Shown: positions 13,638 to 25,998 of the stretch, piece by piece | Position numbering within the stretch: position 1 is the stretch's first letter | Layout of the letters: each line of letters begins with the position of its first letter | DNA from: Lingula anatina | Lineage: Eukaryota > Animalia > Brachiopoda | DNA length: 64,000 nt | NCBI GenBank assembly: GCA_051362555.1 | Contig: CM120644.1 | Coordinates: forward strand, 20,668,534-20,732,533 | Direction of reading: 5' to 3' | Notes under the pieces: model-generated | The model's database searches: none | The model's input: only the letters and a program-made list of their open reading frames with translations | What the model was told of the DNA's origin: nothing | Translations under genes and position numbers: made by a program

Positions 13638-16600
13638 TTAGATCCCACTCAGTTTTATATATGTTCAAGGTGACAAGGGTTAATATGAAATGTCAGGAGT
13701 TGGGGGGAAGGTTCGATTCGCAAAAATCTTGATATAGCCAAAATTTTATGCATACATTCTGTTGCCTGTGCTTTGTCTGTGATGACATTGAATGTTTCTG
13801 TATATATTCTGGTCACTGTCTTTGTCTTTATTGTTGCTGTATGTGTTAATTATAATATAATAATATATACGTATTTTGATCACTGTGTTATGTCTGTGTT
13901 GTAACTACTGTATGTGTCTACATATATATATATTTTTATTGATGATGTATTATCTGTTTTCAGTAGAGATGAAGGTGTGTTTCTTGGATTATCATCACAC
14001 TGAGGACAACTGAACTGATCTCAACCTAGCAGCCTCAGCACAGGTCAGTGCAACTATGATATTGCCATACCGATGATTCTGTTCAATCGCAAAGTGACCA
14101 TTGCCACTATACGTTGTACCTAAGAAATTATCATTTTGGAAAAGGATCACTTAGATCCCACTCAGTTTTATATATGTTCAAGGTTACAAGGGTTAATGTG
14201 AGCTGTCAGGAGTTGGGGAGGGGGTGGGGTTCGCTTAGCAAAAATCTTGATATAGCCAAAATTTTATGTATACATTCTGATGCCTGTGCATTGTCTTTGA
14301 TGACATTGAATGTTTCTGTGTATATTCTGGTCACTGTCTATGTCTTTATTAAAGCTGTAATCAAATCTAGTTCTGCAACCTTACATCATCAGCAAAAAAA
14401 GGTCAGTGCAGTAATGATATTGCTACACTGGTGATTCTCTTCAATCCCATTTTGACCATCACTATATGTTGTAACTGAGAAATTAACATTTGTAAATGTG
14501 TCACTTAAATCCAAACCAGTTTTAAATATGTTCAAGGTGACGGGTTAGTGTGAACTGTCAGGAGTTGGGGGAGGGGGGGGGGGGGCGGTTCACTCAGCAA
14601 AAATTTTGATATAGACAAAATTTCATGTATATATCTTGATGTTTTGTGCATTGTCGCTTGAGACATTAAATGTGTCTGTATATATTCTGATCACTGTGTA
14701 TATCTTTGTTGTTGCTGTATGTGTTAATTATAATATAATAATATATATTTTGATCACTGTGTTATGTCTGTGTTGTAACTACTGTATGTGTCTACATATA
14801 TATTTTTATTGATGATGTATTATCTGTTTTCAGTAGAGATGAAGGTGTGTTTCCTAGATTATCATCACACTGAGGACAACTGAACTGATCTCAACCTAGC
14901 AGCCTCAGCACAGGTCAGTGCAACTATGATATTGCCATACCGATGATTCTGTTCAATCGCAATGTGACCATTGCCACTATATGCTGTACCTAAGAAATTA
15001 TGATTTTGGAAAAGGATCACTTAGATCCCACTCAGTTTTATATATGTTCAAGGTAACAATGGTTAATGTGAGCTGTCAGGAGTTGGGGAGAGGGGGGTGG
15101 GGGGGGGGGGGTTTCCCTTATCAAAAATCTTGATATAGCCAAAATTTTATGTATACATTCTGATGCCTGTGCATTGTCTGTGATGACATTGAATGTGTCT
15201 GTATATATTCTGGTCACTGTGTATGTCTTTATTGTTGTTGTATGTGTTAATTATAATATAATAATATATTTTGATCACTGTGTTATGTCTGTGTTGTAAC
15301 TACTGTATGTGTCTACATATATATATTTATTGATGATGTATTATCTTTTTTCAGTAGAGATGAAGCTGTGTTTCCTGGATTATCATCACACTGAGGACAA
15401 CTGAACTGATCTCAACCTAGCAGCCTCAGCACAGGTCAGTGCAACTATGATATTGCCATACCGATGATTCTGTTCAATCGCAATGTGACCATTGCCACTA
15501 TATGTTCTACCTAAGAAATTATGATTTTGGAAAAGGATCACTTAGATCCCACTCAGTTTTATATATGTTCAAGGTGACAAGGGTTAATGTGAGCTGTCAG
15601 GAGTTGGGGAGAGGGGGGGGGGGCGGGTGTTCGCTTAGCAAAAATCTTGATATAGCCAAAATTTTATGTATACATTCTGATGCCTGTGCATTGTCTGTGA
15701 TGACATTTAATGTGTCTGTATATATTCTGGTCACTGTCTATGTCTTTATTGTCGCTGTAATCAAATCTAGTTCTACAACCTTACATCATCAGCAAAAAAA
15801 GGTCAGTGCAGTAATGATATTGCTACACTGGTGATTCTCTTCAATCCCATTTTGACCATCACTATATGTTGTAACTAAGAAATTAACATTTGTAAATGGG
15901 TCACTTAGATCCAAACCAGTTTTAAATATGTTCAAGGTGACGGGTTAGTGTGAACTAGATCCCACTCAGTTTTATATATGTTCAAGGTGACAAGGGTTAA
16001 AGTGAAATGTCATGAGTTGGATGGAGGGTTCGCTTCGCAAAAATCTTGATATAGCCAAAATTTTATGCATACATTCTGTTGCCTGTGCATTGTCTGTGAT
16101 GACATTGAATGTGTCTGTATATATTCTGGTCACTGTCTATGTCTTTATTGTTGCTGCATGTGTTTATTATAATATAATAATATATATTTTGATCACTGTG
16201 TTATGTCTGTGTTGTAACTACTGTATGTGTCTACATATATATTTTTATTGATGATGTATTATCTGTTTTCAGTAGAGATGAAGGTGTGTTTCCTGGATTA
16301 TCATCACACTGAGGACAACTGAACTGATCTCAACCTAGCAGCCTCAGCACAGGTCAGTGCAACTATGATATTGCCATACTGATGATTCTGTTCAATCGCA
16401 TTGTGACCATTGCCACTATATGCTGTACCTAAGAAATTATCATTTTGGAAAAGGATCACTTAGATCCCACTCAGTTTTATATATGTTCAAGGTGACAAGG
16501 GTTAATATGAAATGTCACGAGTTGGGGGGAGGGTTCGCTTCGCAAAAATCTTGATATAGCCAAAATTTTATGCATACATTCTGTTGCCTGTGCATTGTCT

Positions 16601-16988
16601 GTGATGACATTGAATGTGTCTGTATATATTCTGGTCACTGTCTATGTCTTTATTGTTGCTGTATGTGTTTATTATAATATAATAATATATATTTTGATCA
16701 CTGTGTTATGTCTGTGTTGTAACTTCTGTATGTATCTACATATATATTTTTATTGATGATGTATTATCTGTTTTCAGTAGAGATGAAGGTGTGTTTCCTG
16801 GATTATCATCACACTGAGGACAACTGAACTGATCTCAACCTAGCAGCCTCAGCACAGGTCAGTGCAACTATGATATTGACATATTAATGATTCTGTTCAA
16901 TCGCAATGTGACCATTGCCACTATATGCTGTACCTAAGAAATTATTATTTTGGAAAAGGATCACTTAGATCCCACTCAGTTTTATTAA

Positions 16989-18161
16989 CTCATTGTCCCC
17001 TACCGCCGTCATTTGCCGACAATGTTTTCTTATTTTTATCCCTAGCGTCGTCATTTGACGTCGTAATATTAATAGTACCCATTCCCGACTGTCGTCACAT
17101 GACGGCATCCAATATGGCGGGGCCCTTGCCTAGCGACTTCATATGACGGCATGAGAAAGAAACTTCGATTGGTAAGTTTTAAATAGCTCATTTTCTGATT
17201 GGTTGTTGCTTTTCTTTTGGCCAATAAAAAGGAGAGTACTATAGAACAAAATGTAAACATTTTGAGGGTTGCGGGAAATCTACACATGGAGGAAATACAG
17301 AGTATTTTTGATGAGAGCTCTGGGTCTGAATTTTCGGGATTTGTTAGTGACAGTGAGTCTGACAGCCATAATTTGAGCTATATTTCTTTTGAATAACACT
17401 TTACAGACATAGTCTGAAAGTGAATTAGGCAGCATTAGTGAAGATTTTAGAAGAAGTCAGTGGAAAAACAATCTGTGGGAGGTGGACAAGGAGCATTTCT
17501 GTGGTGAACTGCCTGGATTCACACATGAACTGACGGGTGACTAAGACGAACTAGACTTTAAAAACTGTTCTTATCTGATGAAATACTGAACAAATTGTTG
17601 GAAAATATAAATGCATATGCAACATACAATGACTCTAAATGGAAAGAACAACTAAAAGCATGTCTCGGTGTCAGGATTCATGCGGTATTTTTAAGTTGAT
17701 GTTTATCTTATCACAACTGCATAATATAGATAATAAATATATTTTTTTGTAATCTGATGCTCATCTTTTAATTATATTTTGTAGAATTTTCTTTTTTTGT
17801 ACCTGTTAATATAATCTAAATAAGTATTATGATGTATATTTTATTTATTTATAGACAGTTGTTGAACTTATATTCATTGTTCAATTTTTATAGACCAAAT
17901 TATTCCGACTTCTTCCCCATTCAATAAATAGCAATATTTTGAATATGTCCACTTATAAATAATTTCATAATATACCAATTTCATGCCTTAAGAACCCTGA
18001 AAATTTGAAACAAACAAAACAACAGACCTAGAAAAAGGCCATATTGAATTTCCTCAGGGATATAGGAGAGTGCTGACAGTGGCGCCACCACATGGTGGTG
18101 GCCAGATTTGGTGTTAATGGCTGTAGGGGATCATGCAGCAGTCACTGCAGGGGACAATGAG
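16989..18161 (+). mobile_element. Internally deleted piggyBac element (1,173 bp)
   Basis: TTAA-CTCATTGTCCCCT ... AGGGGACAATGAG-TTAA perfect TIR with TTAA on both sides. Subterminal gtcatNtgacg repeats and a transposase remnant inside. Confidence 0.9.
17286..17687 (+). pseudogene. piggyBac transposase N-terminal remnant
   Basis: Acidic MEEIQSIFDESSGSEFSGFVSDSESD, then after disruptions LFLSDEILNKLLENINAYA...WKEQLKACLGV, resembling the piggyBac F.LF..DE....I...TN.YA / W....ELKAFLG motifs. Confidence 0.75.
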
Positions 18162-21100
18162 TTAAATATGTTCAAGGTGACAAGGGTTAATGTGAGCTGT
18201 CAGGAGTTGAGGGGGAGGGGGGGGTTTGCTCAGCAAAAATTTTAATATAGACAAAATGTCATGTATATATCTTGATGCTTGTGCATTGTCGCTTGAGGCA
18301 TTCAATGTGTCTGTATATATTCTGTTCACTGTGTATATCTTTATTGTTGCTGTATGTGTTAATTATAATATAATAATATATATTTTGATCACTGTGTTAT
18401 GTCTGTGTTGTAACTTCTGTATGTATCTACATATATATTTTTATTGATGATGTATTATCTGTTTTCAGTAGAGATAAAGGTGTGTTTCCTGGATTATCAT
18501 CACATTGAGGACAACTGAACTAATCTCAGCCTAGCAGCCTCAGCACAGGTCAGTGCAACTATGATATTGCCATACTGATGATTCTGTTAAATCGCAATGT
18601 GACAATTGCCACTATATGCTGTACCTAAGAATTAAATTATGATTTTGGAAAAGGATCACTTAGATCCCACTCAGTTTTATATATATTCAAGGTGACAAGG
18701 GTTAATATGAAATGTCCTAAGATGTATGCTGTACCTAAGAAATTATCATTTTGGAAAAGGATCACTTAGATCCCACTCAGTTTTATATATGCATGTTCAA
18801 GGTGACAAGGGTTAATATGAAATGTCACGAGTTGGGGGGGGGGGGGGGTTCGCTTCGCAAAAATCTTGATATAGCCAAAATTTTATGCATACATTCTGTT
18901 GCCTGTGCATTGTCTGTGATGACATTGAATGTGTCTGTATATATTCTGGTCACTGTCTATGTCTTTATTGTTGCTGTATGTGTTTATTATATTTTGATCA
19001 CTGTGTTATGTCTGTGTTGTAACTACTGTATGTGTCTACATATATATTTTTATTGATGATGTATTATCTGTTTTCAGTAGAGATGAAGGTGTGTTTCCTA
19101 GATTATCATCACACTGAGGACAACTGAACTGATCTCAACCTAGCAGCCTCAGCACAGGTCAGTGCAACTATGATATTGCCATACCGATGATTCTGTTCAA
19201 TCGCAATGTGACCATTGCCACTATATGCTGTACCTAAGAAATTATCATTTTGGAAAAGGATCACTTAGATCCCACTCAGTTTTATATATGTTCAAGGTAA
19301 CAAGGGTTAATGTGAGCTGTCAGGAGTTGAGGGGGAGGGGGGGTTTGCTCAGCAAAAATTTTAATAAAGACAAAATGTCATGTATATATCTTGATGCTTG
19401 TGCATTGTCGCTTGAGACATTGAATGTGTCTATATATATTCTGATCACTGTGTATATCTTTATTGTTGCTGTATGTGTTAATTATAATATAATAATATAT
19501 ATTTTGATCACTGTGTTATGTCTGTGTTGTAACTACTGTATGTATCTACATATATATTTTTATTGATGATGTATTATCTGTTTTCAGTAGAGATAAAGGT
19601 GTGTTTCCTGGATTATCATCACACTGAGGACAACTGAACTAATCTCAGCCTAGCAGCCTCAGCACAGGTCAGTGCAACTATGATATTGCCATAATGATGA
19701 TTCTGTTAAATCGCAATGTGACCATTGCCACTATATGCCGTACCTAAGAATTAAATTATGATTTTGGAAAAGGATCACTTAGATCCCACTCAGTATTATA
19801 TATATTCAAGGTGACAAGGGTTAATATGAAATGTCCTAAGATGTATGCTGTACCTAAGAAATTATCATTTTGGAAAAGGATCACTTAGATCCCACTCAGT
19901 TTTATATATGCATGTTCAAGGTGACAAGGGTTAATATGAAATGTCACGAGTTGGGGGGGGGGGTTCGCTTCGCAAAAATCTTGATATAGCCAAAATTTTA
20001 TGCATACATTCTGTTGCCTGTGCATTGTCTGTGATGACATTGAATGTGTCTGTATATATTCTGGTCACTGTCTATGTCTTTATTGTTGCTGTATGTGTTT
20101 ATTATAATATAATAATAAATATTTTGATCACTGTGTTATGTCTGTGTTGTAACTACTGTATGTGTCTACATATATATTTTTATTGATGATGTATTATCTG
20201 TTTTCAGTAGAGATGAAGGTGTATTTCCTGGATTATCATCACACTGAGGACAACTGAACTGATCTCAACCTAGCAGCCTCAGCACAGGTCAGTGCAACTA
20301 TGATATTGCCATAGCGATGATTCTGTTCAATCGCAATGTGACCATTGCCACTATATGCTGTACCTAAGAAATTATGATTTTGGAAAAGGATCACTTAGAT
20401 CCCACTCAGTTTTATATATGTTCAAGGTGACCAGGGTTAATATGAAATGTCAGGAGTTGGGGGGAGGGTTCGCTTCGCAAAAATCTTGATATAGCCAAAA
20501 TTTAATGCATACATTCTGTTGCCTGTGCATTGTCTGTGATGACATTGAATGTGTCTGTATATATTCTGGTCACTGTCTATGTCTTTATTGTTGCTGTATG
20601 TGTTTATTATAATATAATAATAAATATTTTGATCACTGTGTTATGTCTGTGTTGTAACTACTGTATGTATCTACATATATATTTTTATTGATGATGTAAT
20701 ATCTGTTTTCAGTAGAGATGAAGGTGTGTTTCCTGGATTATCATCACACTGAGGACAACTGAACTGATCTCAACCTAGCAGCCTCAGCACAGGTCAGTGC
20801 AACTATGATATTGCCATTGCCACTATATGCTGTACCTAAGAAATTATCATTTTGGAAAAGGATCACTTAGATCCCACTCAGTTTTATATATGTTCAAGGT
20901 GACAAGGGTTAATATGAAATGTCAGGAGTTGGGGGGAAGGTTCGATACGCAAAAAATCTTGATATAGCCAAAATTTTATGCATACATTCTGTTGCCTGTG
21001 CATTGTCTGTGATGACATTGAATGTGTCTGTATATATTCTGGTCACTGTCTTTATCTTTATTGTTGCTGTATGTGTTAATTATAATATAATAATATATAC

Positions 21101-24100
21101 GTATTTTGATCACTGTGTTATGTCTGTGTTGTAACTACTGTATGTGTCTACATATATATTTTTATTGATGATGTATTATCTGTTTTCAGTAGAGATGAAG
21201 GTGTGTTTCTTGGATTATCATCACACTGAGGACAACTGAACTGATCTCAACCTAGCAGCCTCAGCACAGGTCAGTGCAACTATGATATTGCCATACCGAT
21301 GATTCTGTTCAATCGCAAAGTGACCATTGCCACTATATGTTGTACCTAAGAAATTATCATTTTGGAAAAGGATCACTTAGATCCCACTCAGTTTTACATA
21401 TGTTCAAGGTGACAAGGGTTAATGTGAGCTGTCAGGAGTTGGGGAGGGGGTGGGGTTCGCTTAGCAAAAATCTTGATATAGCCAAAATTTTATGTATACA
21501 TTCTGATGCCTGTGCATTGTCTGTGATGACATTGAATGTTTCTGTGTATATTCTGGTCACTGTCTATGTCTTTATTAAAGCTGTAATCAAATCTAGTTCT
21601 GCAACCTTACATCATCAGCAAAAAAAGGTCAGTGCAGTAATGATATTGCTACACTGGTGATTCTCTTCAATCCCATTTTGACCATCACTATATGTTGTAA
21701 CTGAGAAATTAACATTTGTAAATGTGTCACTTAAATCCAAACCAGTTTTAAATATGTTCAAGGTGACGGGTTAGTGTGAACTGTCAGGAGTTGGGGGAGG
21801 GGGGGGGGTTCGCTCAGCAAAAATTTTGATATAGACAAAATTTCATTTATATATCTTGATGCTTGTGCATTGTTGCTTGAGACATTGAATGTGTCTGTAT
21901 ATATTCTGATCACTGTGTATATCTTTATTGTTGCTGTATGTGTTAATTATAATATAATAATATATATTTTGATCACTGTGTTATGTCTGTGTTGTAACTA
22001 CTGTATGTGTCTACATATATATTTTTATTGATGATGTATTATCTGTTTTCAGTAGAGATGAAGGTGTGTTTCCTGGATTATCATCACACTAAAGACAACT
22101 GAACTGATCTCAACCTAGCAGCCTCAGCACAGGTCAGTGCAACTATGATATTGCCATTTCCACTATATGCTGTACCTCAGAAATTATCATTTCGGAAAAG
22201 GATCACTTAGATCCCACTCAGTTTTATATATGTTCAAAGTGACAAGGGTTAATATGAAATGTCAGGAGTTGGGGGGAAGGTTCGATTCGCAAAAATCTTG
22301 ATATAGCCAAAATTTTATGCATACATTCTGTTGCCTGTGCATTGTCTGTGATGACATTGAATGTGTCTGTATATATTCTGGTCACTGTCTTTGTCTTTAT
22401 TGTTGCTGTATGTGTTTATCATAATATAATAATATATATTTTGATCACTGTGTTATGTCTGTGTTGTAACTACTGTATGTGTCTACATGTATATTTTTAT
22501 TGATGATGTATTATCTGTTTTCAGTAGAGATGAAGGTGTGTTTCCTAGATTATCATCACACTGAGGACAACTGAACTGATCTCAACCTAGCAGCCTCAGC
22601 ACAGGTCAGTGCAACTATGATATTGCCATACTGATGATTTTGTTCAATCGCAATGTGACCATTGCCACTATATGCTGTACCTAAGAAATTATTATTTTGG
22701 AAAAGGATCACTTAGATCCCACTCAGTTTTATATATGTTCAAGGTAACAAGGGTTAATGTGAACTGTCAGGAGTTGGGGGAGACATTAAATGTGTCAGTA
22801 TATATTCTGGTCACTGTCTATATCTTTAATGTTGTTGTATGTGTTTCTTATAATTAATAAATATATATTTTGATCACTGTGTTATGTCTGTGTTGTAACT
22901 ACTGTATGTGTCTACATATATATTTTTATTGATGATGTATTATCTGTTTTCAGTAGAGATGAAGGTGTGTTTCCTGGATTATCATCACACTGAGGACAAC
23001 TGAACTGATCTCAACCTAGCAGCCTCAGCACAGGTCAGTGCAACTATGATATTGCCATACCGATGATTCTGTTCAATCGCAATGTGACCATTGCCACTAT
23101 ATGTTGTACCTAAGAAATTATCATTTTGGAAAAGGATCACTTAGATCCCACTCAGTTTTATATATGTTCAAGGTGACCAGGGTTAATGTGAGCTGTCAGG
23201 AGTTGGGGAGGGGGTGGGGTTCGCTTAGCAAAAATCTTGATATAGCCAAAATTTTATGTATACATTCTGATGCCTGTGCATTGTCTGTGATGACATTAAA
23301 TGTGTCTGTGTATATTCTGGTCACTGTCTATGTCTTTATTAAAGCTGTAATCAAATCTAGTTCTGCAACCTTACATCATCAGCCAAAAAAGGTCAGTGCA
23401 GTAATGATATTGCTACACTGATGATTCTCTTCAATCCCATTTTGACCATCACTATATGTTGTAACTGAGAAATTAACATTTGTAAATGTGTCACTTCAAT
23501 CCACACCAGTTTTAAATATGTTCGAGGTGACGGGTTAGTGTGAACTGTCAGGAGTTGGGGGAGGGGGGGGGTTCGCTCAGCAAAAATTTTGATATAGACA
23601 AAATTTCATGTATATATCTTGATGCTTGTGCATTGTCTCTTGAGACATTGAATGTGTCTGTATATATTCTGATCACTGTGTATATCTTTATTGTTGCTGT
23701 ATGTGTTAATTATAATATAATAATATATATTTTGATCACTGTGTTATGTCTGTGTTGTAACTACTGTATGTGTCTACATATATATTTTTATTGATGATGT
23801 ATTATCTGTTTTCAGTAGAGATGAAGGTGTGTTTCCTGGATTATCATCACACTGAGGACAACTGAACTGATCTCAACTTAGCAGCCTCAGCACAGGTCAG
23901 TGCAACTATGATATTGCCATACCGATGATTCTGTTCAATCGCAATGTGACCATTGCCACTATATGTTGTACCTAAGAAATTATCATTTTGGAAAAAGATC
24001 ACTTAGATCCCACTCAGTTTTATATATGTTCAAGGTGACAAGGGTTAATGTGAGCTGTCAGGAGTTGGGGAGAGGGGGGGGGGGGGGGGGCGGGTGTTCG

Positions 24101-25998
24101 CTTAGCAAAAATCTTGATATAGCCAAAATTTTATGTATACATTCTGTTGCCTGTGCATTGTCTGTGATGACATTGAATGTGTCTGTATATATTCTGGTCA
24201 CTGTCTATGTCTTTATTGTCGCTGTAATCAAATCTAGTTCTACAACCTTACATCATCAGCAAAAAAAGGTCAGTGCAGTAATGATATTGCTACACTGGTG
24301 ATTCTCTTCAATCCCATTTTGACCATCACTATATGTTGTAACTAAGAAATTAATATTTGTTAATGTGTCACTTAGATCCAAACCAGTTTTAAATATGTTC
24401 GAGGTGATGGGTTAGTGTGAACTAGATCCCACTCAGTTTTATATATGTTCAAGGTGACAAGGGTTAAAGTGAAATGTCATGAGTTGGGTGGAGGGTTCGC
24501 TTCGCAAAAATCTTGATATAGCCAAAATTTTATGCATACATTCTGTTGCCTGTGCATTGTCTGTGATGACATTGAATGTGTCTGTATATATTCTGGTCAC
24601 TGTCTATGTCTTTATTGTTGTTGTATGTGTTTCTTATAATTAATAAATATATATTTTGATCACTGTGTTATGTCTGTGTTGTAACTACTGTATGTGTCTA
24701 CATATATATTTTTATTGATGATGTATTATCTGTTTTCAGTAGAGATGAAGGTGTGTTTCCTGGATTATCATCACACTAAAGACAACTGAACTGATCTCAA
24801 CCTAGCAGCCTCAGCACAGGTCAGTGCAACTATGATATTGCCATACCGATGATTCTGTTCAATCGCAATGTGACCTTTGCCACTATATGCTGTATCTAAG
24901 AAATTATCATTTTGGAAAAGGATCACTTAGATTCCTCTCAGTTATATATATGTTTAAGGTAACAAGGGTTAATGTGAACTATCAGGAGTTGGGGGAGGGG
25001 GGGGGTTCGCTCAGCAAAAATTTTGATATAGACAAAATTTCATGTATATATCTTGATGTTTTCTGCATTGTCGCTTGAGACATTGAATGTGTCTGTATAT
25101 ATTCTGATCACTGTGTATATCTTTGTTGTTGCTGTATGTGTTAATTATAATATAATAAAATAAATTTTGATCACTGTGTTATGTCTGTGTTGTAACTACT
25201 GTATGTGTCTACATATATATTTTTATTGATGATGTATTATCTGTTTTCAGTAGAAATGAAGGTGTGTTTCCTGGATTATCATCACACTGAGGACAACTGA
25301 ACTGATCTTTACCTAGCAGCCTCAGCACAGGTCAGTACAACTATGATATTGCCATACTGATGATTCTGTTCAATCGCAATGTGACCATTGCCACTATATG
25401 CTGTACCTAAGAAATTATCATTTTGGAAAAGGATCACTTAGATCCCACTCAGTTTTAAATATGTTCAAGGTAACAAGGGTTAATGTGAGCTGTCAGGAGT
25501 TGAGGGGGAGGGGGGGGTTTGCTCAGCAAAAATTTTAATATAGACAAAATGTCATGTATATATCTTGATGCTTGTGCATTGTCGCTTGAGACATTGAATG
25601 TGTCTATATATATTCTGATCACTGTGTATATCTTTATTGTTGCTGTATGTGTTAATTATAATATAATAATATATATTTTGATCACTGTGTTATGTCTGTG
25701 TTGTAACTACTGTATGTGTCTACATATATATTTTTATTGATGATGTATTATCTGTTTTCAGTAGAGATAAAGGTGTGTTTCCTGGATTATCATCACACTG
25801 CGGACAACTGAACTAATCTCAGCCTAGCAGCCTCAGCACAGGTCAGTGCAACTATGATATTGCCATAATGATGATTCTGTTAAATCGCAATGTGACCATT
25901 GCCACTATATGCTGTACCTAAGAATTAAATTATGATTTTGGAAAAGGATCACTTAGATCCCACTCAGTTTTATATATATTCAAGGTGACAAGGGTTAA

